Of a DNA stretch of 64,000 nucleotides, positions 49,629 through 58,881 are shown piece after piece. This stretch comes from an uncultured Acidobacteriota bacterium (GTDB lineage Bacteria > Acidobacteriota > Thermoanaerobaculia > UBA5066 > Gp7-AA6): contig CAVXTP010000013.1 in assembly GCA_963764715.1 (NCBI GenBank), positions 64,001 through 128,000 of the forward strand, written 5' to 3'. Each line of letters starts with the position of its first letter. The stretch's first letter is position 1. Made by a program: the position numbers and the translations under genes. The notes under the pieces were generated by a model. The model made no database searches, was not told the origin of the DNA, and worked only from the letters and a program-made list of their open reading frames with translations.

Positions 49629-49675
49629 AAAGAAAAGAGCCGCCGGGAGGTCCGAGGAAACCTCGTTTCGGCGGC
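49629..49675 (-). terminator. Probable intrinsic terminator after beta-helix/SLH gene
   Basis: GCCGCCG...CGGCGGC stem with inner CGAGG/CCTCG hairpin followed by TCTTTTCTTT on minus strand. Confidence 0.6.
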
Positions 49676-49723
49676 GATGGTCCGGCGACTCGAACCCGAA
49701 ACGTCTTCGTCCGGGGCTCCCGG

Positions 49724-52051
49724 CTACTGCAGGTGGAACGTCTTGGTCAGGAACACCGCCATCTGCCCGCGGGTGTTGGGATTGAGCGGACAGTAGTTGC
49801 CCCCTCCGCACCCTCCCGTGATCCCCTCGGCGGCGAGCTGCTCGATCCAGTCGGCGAACTGCGACGGGCACGGGACGTCCGGGTAGTCCCCGTTGCAGGG
49901 CGGCGGCAGGTAGTTCGGGCCGTGCTCGGCCTTCAGCAGGAAGACGGCCATCTGGTCGCGGCGGACGGGGTTCTGCGGGCAGTAGTTGCCGCCGCCGCAC
50001 CCTCCCGTGATCCCCTCGGTGGCGAGGGCCTCGATCCAGTTGGCGAACGTCGACGGACAGGGGACGTCGGAGAAGGTCCCCGTGCACGGCGGGGGAACGT
50101 AGCAGAGGCCGTGGCGGCCCTTTAGCAGGAAAACGGCCATCTGCTGGCGGAGCGTCGGGTCGTTGACGCCGTAGAGCCCGTTGCCGACGCCGACCGTGAT
50201 CGCGTTCGAGACGAGGGTCGTCACGAAGTTGTAGAACTGCTGGCTCGGCGGCACGTCCAGGAAGTCCACGATCCAGGCCTTCTTGAGGGTCCCCGAGGTC
50301 GCGTCCGTGTTCGTGACCACGATGTCGTTGACGGTGGCGGCGGGCAGCAGGGGCGCCGTGACCGTCATCGTCGTCTCGTCGGTGACGTTGGGGCCGGTGC
50401 CCGCGACGCCGCCGAACGTGACCGTCGCGCCCGCGACGAAGTGGGTGCCCGTGAGGGTGACGACCACGCCGCCGGCGGGCGGCCCCGAGCGCGGGCTCGA
50501 CGCGTAGATGACGTTCTGCGAGAACTCGGACGTGTTGCCCGACGGGTCCGTCGCCGTCAGGGAGATCGGCGGCTGCGTCGGGGCGTTCGCGTCGTTGACG
50601 ACGAGGTCGAACGGCGCGTCGCCCGCTCCGTTGGTCGTGACCTGCTGCGTTCCCAGGTAGTACGCGCTCTGGAGCAGGTCGCGCGGGCGCGGCGTGCACG
50701 ACGGGCTCTCGAAGACGTCGAGGTCGAAGGTCGTACTCGGGCTCGACTTGAGGATCCCGTGCACCGTGACGGTCGTCGCGCCGTAGTCGACCGACGAGAT
50801 GAACGGGAAGTTCTGGAGCTGATTGGCGCCGGTGTCGCCGTCGCCGGCGTCGTTTTTCGTGACGCCGTCCGGGACGTTGTCGATGCCGAGGCGCTGGCTG
50901 AAGAAGATCGGGTTGGCGCGGATCGCGTTGCGGACGCCGTCGTTGTACACGCCGGTCTGGTTGAACGCGATCGCGTTGGCCTCCCCGGGTGCGACGCCGC
51001 CGATGAGCGCGTCGGTCGCCGCCAGGCTGAGATAAACGCCCGCCCGTCCGTTTCCGAGCGGTTTCGTGGCCGTGGGGTCCGTTCCGATTGTGTTGCCCTT
51101 GACGACGGAGCCGACGGTCCCTAAGTAGATCCCGTCGAGCTGGTTGCCGGAGATGAGGTTTCCTTCCCCGGCGTTGAAATCGCCGCCGATCACCAGGCCC
51201 GGGTGGACTGTCGCGTAGATCCCCCACTGGTTGGGGAGCGACTCCGTCCCCGCAGCGTTCGTTCCGATGCGATTGCCCTGGATCGTGGTGCCGCTGCCGT
51301 TGATGACGAAGATGCCCTCGCCGGTGCTTCCGGAGACGAGGTTGCCCTGGCCCGGGTCCGACCCGCCGATCAGGAAGCCCGTGGTTCCCGTCAGGCTGAT
51401 GCCGCGGCCGTTGGAAATCGGCGCGTTCCCGGTGATCGACGTTCCGATGAGGTTGCCCTGGATGACGTTCGCGCCGCCGCCCGTCGACTGGATGCCGGTG
51501 GTGTTGCCGCTGATGAGGTTCCGGGCTCCCGCGGCGGAGCCACCGATCACGTTGCCGGTCGCGCCCGACGTGATGACGACTCCCGTCCCGTTCGGCACGG
51601 CGATCGTCCCGGTCGGATTCGTTCCGATGAAGCAGGCCTCGAGGTGGTTGTCGTTCGACTCGATCTGGATGCCGGCGGAGAAGTCGTTGACGCAGACGCC
51701 GCGGATCGTGTTCCCGCCGGCTCCCGTCATGCGGAGACCCGCGCCGCTGAACGTGGAGACCTCGATCAGGGGCGTGCCGGCGTAGCCCGGCTGGGTCGTG
51801 GCGTCGAGGGTCGTCTGGCCGGCCAGCGGCGGAAGGATGCTGAGCGGCAGGATCTGGAAGGGGCCGGCGCCCGGGATGTTGAAGTCGATCGTGTCGGGCC
51901 CCGCGTTGGCGTTCGCGTCGAGGATCGCCTGGCGAAGCGACCCCCCTCCGGTGTCATTCGTGTTCGTGACGGTGAACGTGGCGGCGTGCCCGACGGCGCC
52001 CGCGAGCGCGAAGCCCCATGCGGCGGAAGCGAGCCACCGGGCGCGCCTCAC
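49724..52051 (-). CDS. Exported beta-helix / IPT-TIG / triple SLH-like surface protein
   Basis: GTG start overlapping RDD stop (GTGA); signal peptide; ATFTVTNTND.G.GSLRQAI..AN; GN.IG repeats; GNTSEFS; [13 protein letters not shown]...[11 protein letters not shown] repeats. Confidence 0.9.
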   Translation of the reverse strand: MRRARWLASAAWGFALAGAVGHAATFTVTNTNDTGGGSLRQAILDANANAGPDTIDFNIPGAGPFQILPLSILPPLAGQTTLDATTQPGYAGTPLIEVSTFSGAGLRMTGAGGNTIRGVCVNDFSAGIQIESNDNHLEACFIGTNPTGTIAVPNGTGVVITSGATGNVIGGSAAGARNLISGNTTGIQSTGGGANVIQGNLIGTSITGNAPISNGRGISLTGTTGFLIGGSDPGQGNLVSGSTGEGIFVINGSGTTIQGNRIGTNAAGTESLPNQWGIYATVHPGLVIGGDFNAGEGNLISGNQLDGIYLGTVGSVVKGNTIGTDPTATKPLGNGRAGVYLSLAATDALIGGVAPGEANAIAFNQTGVYNDGVRNAIRANPIFFSQRLGIDNVPDGVTKNDAGDGDTGANQLQNFPFISSVDYGATTVTVHGILKSSPSTTFDLDVFESPSCTPRPRDLLQSAYYLGTQQVTTNGAGDAPFDLVVNDANAPTQPPISLTATDPSGNTSEFSQNVIYASSPRSGPPAGGVVVTLTGTHFVAGATVTFGGVAGTGPNVTDETTMTVTAPLLPAATVNDIVVTNTDATSGTLKKAWIVDFLDVPPSQQFYNFVTTLVSNAITVGVGNGLYGVNDPTLRQQMAVFLLKGRHGLCYVPPPCTGTFSDVPCPSTFANWIEALATEGITGGCGGGNYCPQNPVRRDQMAVFLLKAEHGPNYLPPPCNGDYPDVPCPSQFADWIEQLAAEGITGGCGGGNYCPLNPNTRGQMAVFLTKTFHLQ

Positions 52052-52524
52052 CGGGCCTCCACGACGATCGAGTCGGCGATCAGGTCGTGCAGCGCTCTCC
52101 GGTCCCGATGGAGGAGCGCCACGATCGAGTCGATCAGGAGAACGTTGCCGGCCGTGATGCCGACCAGGCGCAGCAGGGCCCGTCCCATGCCGATCGCCTG
52201 CCCGTCTTCGATCCTCCCGACGCGCGCCACGCGCAGCCCCATGATCTTCTTTCCGGGGGTCGCGCCCTCGAGACCCCAGAAGTAGACGAAATAGCCGGTG
52301 ACGACCACCGCGGCGAGCGCGACGAGCCCCCAGGTTTCCGCTTCCGCGGCCCGGGGACCGAAGATCGCGAGCGCCATGTGGGCCACCAGTCCCGCCACCA
52401 GCGCGACGCTCGCCACGATCACCCCGTCGATCGCCGTCGCGGCCAGCCGCACGGCCAGCCCGGCCGATGCCGGGGGATGCACCACCGCGAGAGATCCCGG
52501 AAGCTCCAGCGTCCTCGAGCTCAT
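52048..52524 (-). CDS. RDD family membrane protein
   Basis: AGL.VRLAA..ID, YF.YFW...GATPGK..MGLRV, RALLR, RRALHDLIADS.VV; SD GGAGGAGG. Confidence 0.92.
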   Translation of the reverse strand: MSSRTLELPGSLAVVHPPASAGLAVRLAATAIDGVIVASVALVAGLVAHMALAIFGPRAAEAETWGLVALAAVVVTGYFVYFWGLEGATPGKKIMGLRVARVGRIEDGQAIGMGRALLRLVGITAGNVLLIDSIVALLHRDRRALHDLIADSIVVEAR

Positions 52525-52596
52525 CGCCTCCTCCTCCACAGGTCCCGAAGCGCCGGCCGCCGCGTCCCACCGCCGCGACCCTGGAGACCCTGTCCA

Positions 52597-52626
52597 CAAC
52601 GCGCAGGAACGGGCGGGATGGGATCA
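52597..52626 (-). promoter_or_regulatory. Putative ECF promoter, copy C
   Basis: TGATCC-N15-TGCGCGTTG upstream of RDD gene. Confidence 0.65.
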
Positions 52627-52630
52627 AATG

Positions 52631-52662
52631 CCGCGGCCGTGCCAATCGGGTCACGGCCGCGG
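52631..52662 (-). terminator. 11-bp perfect hairpin after SLH gene (terminator or stabilising stem)
   Basis: CCGCGGCCGTG-N10-CACGGCCGCGG; only weak U tract. Confidence 0.45.
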
Positions 52663-52677
52663 TGCCAGGGAAAAGGG

Positions 52678-55077
52678 CTACGGCAGGCGGAACGTCTTCA
52701 CGATAAACACGGCCATCTGACCCCGCGTATTCGCGTTGGCCGGGCAGTAGTTCCCGCCGCCGCAGCCGCCCGTGATCCCCTCCGCGGCGAGCTGCTCGAT
52801 CCATCCGGCGAAAGTCGAGGGACAGGGGACGTCGGCGAACGTGCCCGAGCAGTCGGGAGGGACGTAGGACGCCCCGTGCTCCGCCTTGAGGAGGAAGACC
52901 GCCATCTGGTCCCGGCGCACCGGATTGGTGGGGCAGTAGTTCCCGCCGCCGCAGCCGCCGGTGATGCCCTCGGCGGCCAGGCCCTCGATCCAGGCCGCAA
53001 ACGTGGACGGGCACGGGACGTCGGGGAAGGTGCCGGCGCAGGGCGGCGGCACGTAACAGAGCCCGTGGCGCGCCTTGAGGAGGAAAACCGCCATCTGCTG
53101 GCGCAGCGTCGGCTGGTCCACGCCGTAGAGGCCGCCGCCGACTCCGACGGTGATCGCATTGGACACCAGGGTCGTCACGTACGAGTGGAACTGGTGGATC
53201 TGGGGCACGTCGAGGAAGTCCGCGACCCAACCCTTGATCAGGGCGCCGGTGGTGCCGTCCGGCGTCGTCGCGACGATGTCGTTGACGGTTCCGGGCGCGA
53301 GCGCCGGCGACGTCGTGTAGAGCTGGTGATCGTTCACGAAGGTGATCGGCACCGCCGGGCCGCCGATCGCGATGGCGGTGGGGTTCGCGAAGTCGGTCCC
53401 GTTGATGGTCAGCGTCGTCCCGCCGGCCGCCGGTCCGGACGCCGGCGACATGGTGAAGATGATCCGCTGCGAGAACTCCGACGTGTTGCCGGACGGGTCC
53501 GTGGCGGTCACCCCGATCCGGGCGCCGTTTTCCACGACCACGGGCAGGGTGACGTCGAAATCGAAGTGCCCGGCGCCGTCGGTCGTGATCTGCGAGGAAC
53601 CCAGGTAGGTCTCGCCCTCGTTGAAGTCCCTCGGGAAACGGGTGCACGCCGCGTTGGCGTAGAAGTCGAAGGTGTACTGCGTCGACGGGACGCTGTTGAA
53701 CTTGCCGAGGACCTCCACGTCGGACGCGCCGTAGACGACCGACTGGACGATCGGGAAGTTCTGATAGTTGTTCGGGCTCACGTCCGCGTCGAGCGGATCG
53801 TTCGGCGTGGGGCCGTCGCCGTTCAGGTCGATGCCGAGCTGCTCGTTGTCGTGGATCGAGTTTCCGCGGATCGTGACCTGGTTCGCCGAGGACTGGACGA
53901 GCACGCCGACGGGGACGCTGAAGAGCAGCACGCCGCTGTTGTAGGCGATGACGTTGCCCTGGCCGGGTCCGGTTCCTCCGATGACGACGCCGGTGACGTT
54001 GGCGGTCGAGATCCCCGTGACGTTCGGCAGCGGCAACGCACCGGTGACGTCGGTCCCGATCTTGTTTCCGTAGATCGTCGTGTTGGTGGCGAAGTTGTAC
54101 ACGTAGATGCCCATCTGCGTGTTGCCGGAGATGACGTTGCCCTCGCCGGCGCCCGCGCCGCCGATCTCCACGTCGCCGCCCCCCGAGTCGTTGATGCCGA
54201 GCGACTGGTGGCCGAGGGAGAACGTGCCGGTCACGTCCGTGCCGATGAGATTCCCCCGGATGATGATTCCGGACCCGCCGCTCATGCCGATTCCCCCGCC
54301 GAGGTTTCCCGAGATGACGTTCCCCGCGCCCGCGAAGCTTCCGCCGATCGCTGCGCTGTCGCACCCCGAGAGGCTGATCCCGGTCCCGTTGGGAATCGAG
54401 ACCGTTCCGGTGACGTCGGTGCCGATCAGGTTGCCCTGGACGACGAGGCCCTGAGAGATCTCGCAACCGATTCCTCCGGCGTCGTTGCCCGAGATCAGGT
54501 TGCGGTCCGCGGCCGTCAGCCCGCCGATCGTGTTGTTGGGCGAGGTAATCAGCCGGATCCCCTGGCCGCCCGTGGACGCGTCGGCGGTGCCCGCCGCGTC
54601 GGTGCCGATGTAGCAGCCCTCGACGACGTTGCCGCCGGCGCTGGTGAAGAGAATCGCCGTGGAGAAGCCGTTCAGCACCAGGGCTCGGAGCGTGCTGCTG
54701 CCGGCGGAGATCGAGAGCCCCGAGGTCTGGCTCCCGTGAACCTCGATCAGCGGTGCTCCCGCGTACCCCGGCTGCGTGGTCCCGTCGATCGTCACGGGCG
54801 AGGTGACCGTCGGCAGCGACGTGAGTGAGACGTTGATCGTCTGCACGCCCGCGCCGGGGATGTTGAACGCGATCGTGTCGGGCCCCGCGTTGGCGTTGGC
54901 GTCGAGGATCGCCTGGCGAAGCGACCCGGCGCCGCTGTCGGCGGTGTTCGTCACGGTGTACGTCGCCGCCTGCACGCCCGTGCTGCCGAGCGCGAGGAAC
55001 AGCGCGGCCAGGAACCCGGCCTGGTGGATGGCTCCGCGCGGGCCCCAGGGTCGACCTCCGGTGGCTTGCGTGTCCAT
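52678..55077 (-). CDS. Exported beta-helix / IPT-TIG / triple SLH-like surface protein (paralog of 49724-52051)
   Basis: SD GGAGGGA; [25 protein letters not shown]; same domain order and near-identical C-terminal module. Confidence 0.9.
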   Translation of the reverse strand: MDTQATGGRPWGPRGAIHQAGFLAALFLALGSTGVQAATYTVTNTADSGAGSLRQAILDANANAGPDTIAFNIPGAGVQTINVSLTSLPTVTSPVTIDGTTQPGYAGAPLIEVHGSQTSGLSISAGSSTLRALVLNGFSTAILFTSAGGNVVEGCYIGTDAAGTADASTGGQGIRLITSPNNTIGGLTAADRNLISGNDAGGIGCEISQGLVVQGNLIGTDVTGTVSIPNGTGISLSGCDSAAIGGSFAGAGNVISGNLGGGIGMSGGSGIIIRGNLIGTDVTGTFSLGHQSLGINDSGGGDVEIGGAGAGEGNVISGNTQMGIYVYNFATNTTIYGNKIGTDVTGALPLPNVTGISTANVTGVVIGGTGPGQGNVIAYNSGVLLFSVPVGVLVQSSANQVTIRGNSIHDNEQLGIDLNGDGPTPNDPLDADVSPNNYQNFPIVQSVVYGASDVEVLGKFNSVPSTQYTFDFYANAACTRFPRDFNEGETYLGSSQITTDGAGHFDFDVTLPVVVENGARIGVTATDPSGNTSEFSQRIIFTMSPASGPAAGGTTLTINGTDFANPTAIAIGGPAVPITFVNDHQLYTTSPALAPGTVNDIVATTPDGTTGALIKGWVADFLDVPQIHQFHSYVTTLVSNAITVGVGGGLYGVDQPTLRQQMAVFLLKARHGLCYVPPPCAGTFPDVPCPSTFAAWIEGLAAEGITGGCGGGNYCPTNPVRRDQMAVFLLKAEHGASYVPPDCSGTFADVPCPSTFAGWIEQLAAEGITGGCGGGNYCPANANTRGQMAVFIVKTFRLP

Positions 55078-55153
55078 TTGTCCCTCCTGCCTCTTCCTCG
55101 ATTTACGAAGGCGGGGGTCGCGGGTTCCGGACGGGGCCCCGGCCATCGTTCGG

Positions 55154-55183
55154 ACACGCGCAGGAGCCAGAAAGACAGGCTCA
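55154..55183 (-). promoter_or_regulatory. Putative ECF promoter, copy A
   Basis: TGAGCC-N15-TGCGCGTGT in the divergent region next to the ECF gene. Confidence 0.65.
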
Positions 55184-55244
55184 ACGGGGGGGCGGGGGCG
55201 TGTTCCCGCTGTGATGTAATTCGCCCCAAAGGACTTCCGAGCCG

Positions 55245-55805
55245 ATGGCGGATCCGACCGAGCCGGACGTGACAGCCCTGCTCAAGGAGTGGAGCGGAGG
55301 GGATCGGAGAGCGCTCGAACGCCTGATGCCGCTCGTGTACGACGAGCTGCGCAAGCTCGCCGCCTCCTACCTGCGCGAGGAACGGCCGGACCACACCCTG
55401 CAGCCGACCGCGCTGGTCCACGAGGCCTACATCCGCCTGACGAACCAGCGGGACGTCGTCTGGCAGAACCGGGCCCACTTCTTCGGCATCGCCGCCCAGA
55501 TGATGCGGCGCATCCTGGTCGATCATGCCCGCAAGCGCCAGGCCGCCAAGCGGGACGCCGCCGCCTGGCGCGTCGCGACCGACGTCGACGACGCGGCCGA
55601 CCGGGCGCCGGAGCTGCTCGCCCTCGACCGGGCCCTCTCGAGCCTCGAGGAGATGGACCCGCAGCAGGCGAAGGTCGTGGAGCTGCGCTTCTTCGGAGGA
55701 CTCACGGTCGAGGAGACGGCGGAGGTCGCGGGGGTCTCGCCCGCCACCGTCAAGCGCGAGTGGCGCACGGCGAAGGCCTGGCTTCGCCGCGAGATCGGCG
55801 CCTAG
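55245..55805 (+). CDS. ECF sigma factor, TIGR02999 (kinase-associated) family
   Basis: [67 protein letters not shown]. Confidence 0.95.
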   Translation: MADPTEPDVTALLKEWSGGDRRALERLMPLVYDELRKLAASYLREERPDHTLQPTALVHEAYIRLTNQRDVVWQNRAHFFGIAAQMMRRILVDHARKRQAAKRDAAAWRVATDVDDAADRAPELLALDRALSSLEEMDPQQAKVVELRFFGGLTVEETAEVAGVSPATVKREWRTAKAWLRREIGA

Positions 55806-55813
55806 CGTCGGTC

Positions 55814-58342
55814 ATGGCGAGCCGCGTGCCCCCGGAGGCGTGGCCGAGAGTCAAGGAGATCCTGGACGCGGCCCTGGACGTCCCGACCGGGGAGCGGGGC
55901 GCCTTCATCGCCTCCCGCTGCGCGGGGGACGAGGCCCTGCGCCGCGAGGTCGAGTCGCTGGCCTCCGTCTCGGAATCGGGCTGGAGCTTCATCGAAAGCC
56001 CCGCGGGCGGCCGCGTCGCCGCGCTCTTCGAGGATTGGGTGCCGCCGTCGCGGGTCGGGGAGCGCATCGGCGCCTACCAGGTCCTCTCCGAGCTCGGCCA
56101 CGGCGGCATGGGGATGGTCTATCTCGCCCGACGCGCGGACGACGAGTTCCAGAAGACGGTCGCGATCAAGCTCATCCGGCCCGGCATGGCGAGCGACTTC
56201 GCGCTGCAGCGCTTCCGGAGCGAGCGGCAGATCTCGGCCTCCCTCGAGCACCCCAACATCGCGCGGCTCCTCGACGGCGGCGCCACTCCGGGCGGCGAGC
56301 CGTACTTCGTCCTCGAATACATCGAAGGGGAGCCGCTGATCGAATACTGCGACCGGCGCCGGCTGACCGTCGCGGACCGCCTGCGGCTCTTCGACGACGT
56401 GTGCGCCGCGGTCCAGTACGCGCACCAGAACCTCGTCGTCCACCGCGACATCAAGCCCAGCAACATCCTGGTGACCTCGGAGGGCGTGCCGAAGCTCATG
56501 GACTTCGGGATCGCCAAGCTCCTCCAGCCCGACGGCGCGCCCGCGGCCGACGGGGAGACGGGCACGTTCCTCCGGATGATGACCCCCGACTATGCGAGTC
56601 CCGAGCAGATCCGGGGCGAGCGCATCACGACCTCGAGCGACGTCTACGCGCTCGGGGTCGTACTCTACGAGCTGCTCGTGGGCCGCAAGCCCTACCACGT
56701 GACGGGGCCGGAGCCGGCGGAGCTGCTTCGCGTCGTCTGCGAGCGCGACCCGGAGAAGCCGAGCGTCGCCTCGGGGTCCCGGGAGCTGCGGGGCGACCTC
56801 GACGCCATCGTCCTCAAGGCGATGCGCAAGGAGCCGGAGCACCGGTACGCCTCCGTCGGCGAGCTCGCCGCCGACCTTCGCCGCTACCGGACCGGCGCAC
56901 CGGTGCTGGCGCGCCGCGGCACCTTCTCCTACCGCGCGGCCAAGTTCGCGCGCCGCCACCGCGTCGCGCTGGCCGGAGTCGCCCTGCTCGCGCTCGTCCT
57001 GGCGGGGGGCGTCCTGGCGACGCTGCGCGAGGCCCGCCGCGCCCGGGCGGCCGAGGCGCGCGCGCAGCGCCGGTTCGACGATGTGCGCCGTCTCGCGAGC
57101 TCGTTCCTCTTCGAGTTCCACGACGCGATCCGGGACCTGCCCGGCTCGACCCCGGCGCGCGCCCTCATCGTGAAGCGGGCGCTCGAGTACCTCGACGACC
57201 TCGCGCGCGAGTCGGCCGGCGACCGCGCGCTGCGGCGCGAGCTCGCGGGGGCGTATCTCAAGGTCGGCGACGTGCAGGGCAACGCCTTCATGGCGAACCT
57301 CGGAGACGTCCCGGGCGCCTTGCAGAGCTACGGCAAGGCGATCGCGCTGCTCGAGCCCGTCGTGGCCGCGGGCGGCGCCACGGACGCCGAGCAGGCGACC
57401 CTCGCGACCGCGTATCTGACCGGGGGCGGCATCCGGCTCGTGGCGGGCGACGCACGCGAAGCCGTGGCGATGGCGGAAAAGGGGCTGCCGCTGCGGAAGG
57501 GCCTCGCCGCTCGCCATCCCGGAGATCCCGCGGCCGCCCGGGACCTCGCGCAGGCCTGGCAGTTCTACGGCTTCTACCTGACGGCGGCCGAGCGCCCGGA
57601 CGAGGCCTTCGAGGCCCTGGGGAAGCAGGCGGAGATCCTGCGGGCGCGCCTCGCGGCCGCTCCGAAGGACCGCGCGGCGCGGCGCAGTCTCGGCCAGAAT
57701 CTCTACCTCACGGGCGAGGCCCTGCGGAGCCGCGGCGACGCCGAGGGCGCGCTCAAGGCGTTCGACGAGGCGGTCGTTCTCGGAGAGGGCCTCCGGAAGG
57801 AAGACCCGTCGAGCATCCAGCTCCAGCGGGACCTCGCGTACACGTACACCGCGGTCGGAGGCTTCTACGAGGCGCGGAGCGATCACCCGGCCGCCCTCGA
57901 GAACTTCCAGAAGGCGCTCGGCCTCTTCGAGTCCATGGCCGCGGCGGACGCGAAGAGCGTGGACGGCCGGCTCGGAGTGGCCATGACGCGGCACAACATC
58001 GGTCTCCAGCGGGCCGGTCTTCACGATGCGTCCGGGGCCCTGAAGGAGTACGAGGAGGCCCGCCGTCTCTACGAGCCGATGGTCGCGGCCGATCCGAGCA
58101 ACGCCTGGGTCGAGGGGTCGCTTGCCGACCTCTACCTCGCCATCGGGAAGGCGCTCGAGGAGCTCGGCCGGGACCCGGGCGACGAGCCGTGCGCCCTCTT
58201 TCTGAGGTCGAACGGGATCTACGAACGGCTGCGCGCCGCCGGCCGGCTCAGCTCTCTGAGCGCCGAGGGATCCGCGGAGGCGGCCGCCGCGGCCAGGCGC
58301 TGCCGGGGAAGCGCGGCGCAATCCTCTTTGCCGGGACGCTGA
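55814..58342 (+). CDS. Membrane Ser/Thr protein kinase with extracytoplasmic TPR domain
   Basis: LGHGGMGMVY, VAIK, HPNIARLLDGG, HRDIKPSN, DFGIAK, YASPEQ, DVYALG; TM helix; TPR-like repeats. Confidence 0.95.
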   Translation: MASRVPPEAWPRVKEILDAALDVPTGERGAFIASRCAGDEALRREVESLASVSESGWSFIESPAGGRVAALFEDWVPPSRVGERIGAYQVLSELGHGGMGMVYLARRADDEFQKTVAIKLIRPGMASDFALQRFRSERQISASLEHPNIARLLDGGATPGGEPYFVLEYIEGEPLIEYCDRRRLTVADRLRLFDDVCAAVQYAHQNLVVHRDIKPSNILVTSEGVPKLMDFGIAKLLQPDGAPAADGETGTFLRMMTPDYASPEQIRGERITTSSDVYALGVVLYELLVGRKPYHVTGPEPAELLRVVCERDPEKPSVASGSRELRGDLDAIVLKAMRKEPEHRYASVGELAADLRRYRTGAPVLARRGTFSYRAAKFARRHRVALAGVALLALVLAGGVLATLREARRARAAEARAQRRFDDVRRLASSFLFEFHDAIRDLPGSTPARALIVKRALEYLDDLARESAGDRALRRELAGAYLKVGDVQGNAFMANLGDVPGALQSYGKAIALLEPVVAAGGATDAEQATLATAYLTGGGIRLVAGDAREAVAMAEKGLPLRKGLAARHPGDPAAARDLAQAWQFYGFYLTAAERPDEAFEALGKQAEILRARLAAAPKDRAARRSLGQNLYLTGEALRSRGDAEGALKAFDEAVVLGEGLRKEDPSSIQLQRDLAYTYTAVGGFYEARSDHPAALENFQKALGLFESMAAADAKSVDGRLGVAMTRHNIGLQRAGLHDASGALKEYEEARRLYEPMVAADPSNAWVEGSLADLYLAIGKALEELGRDPGDEPCALFLRSNGIYERLRAAGRLSSLSAEGSAEAAAAARRCRGSAAQSSLPGR

Positions 58343-58383
58343 CCGCACCCCGCCGGTATGATCCGGCCGCTCGAGGAGGCCCC

Positions 58384-58881
58384 ATGAAGTGTCTCGGCGG
58401 TCCCGGAGTCTGGCTCGTCGCAGCGGCTCTGTCCGCGCAGTCGGCCGACGGCGTCTTCGCGCAGGGCGCGGTCGGGGCGGTGCTGGACGCCTGGCACGGG
58501 GCGGCCGCGGCCGCCGACGAGGAGAAGTACTTCTCGTACTTCACGCCGGACGCCGTCTTCCTCGGCACCGACGCGACGGAGCGCTGGACGCGGGACGAAT
58601 TCCGGAAATGGGCGCATCCCTACTTCGCGAAGGGAAAGGCCTGGAATTTCCGGACCGTCGAGCGGTGGATCTCCTTTTCCCCCGACCGGAGCGTGGCCTG
58701 GTTCGACGAGAGGCTCGACACGCCCAACATGGGGCCCTGCCGCGGCTCCGGGGTCCTCGTGCGCGTGGGCGACGGATGGAAGATCGCGCAGTACAACCTG
58801 TCGATCCCGATTCCCAACGACCTCGCCGACGGCATCGTGAAGCAGATCGCCGCGGAGGCGGGCTCGAAGAAAGGCCGATGA
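58384..58881 (+). CDS. SnoaL-like / NTF2-family exported protein
   Basis: LD.WH.AAA.AD...YF......VFLGTDATERW, AWFDE.L, GSGVL, WKIAQYNLS; SD GAGGAGG. Confidence 0.88.
   Translation: MKCLGGPGVWLVAAALSAQSADGVFAQGAVGAVLDAWHGAAAAADEEKYFSYFTPDAVFLGTDATERWTRDEFRKWAHPYFAKGKAWNFRTVERWISFSPDRSVAWFDERLDTPNMGPCRGSGVLVRVGDGWKIAQYNLSIPIPNDLADGIVKQIAAEAGSKKGR

Noticed and set aside
49676-49700. tRNA-like T-loop (GGTTCGAGTC...ACCA on minus strand)
   Set aside because: T-stem does not pair, spacing to CCA is too short, no acceptor/anticodon arms.
49724-54466. Single 1580-aa ORF (also 33615-37655, 43836-47246, 55525-58881, 61511-63268 as single proteins)
   Set aside because: Only the C-terminal portions are real genes; upstream parts are out-of-frame overlaps with other genes, and real starts with SD/overlap signals were found internally.
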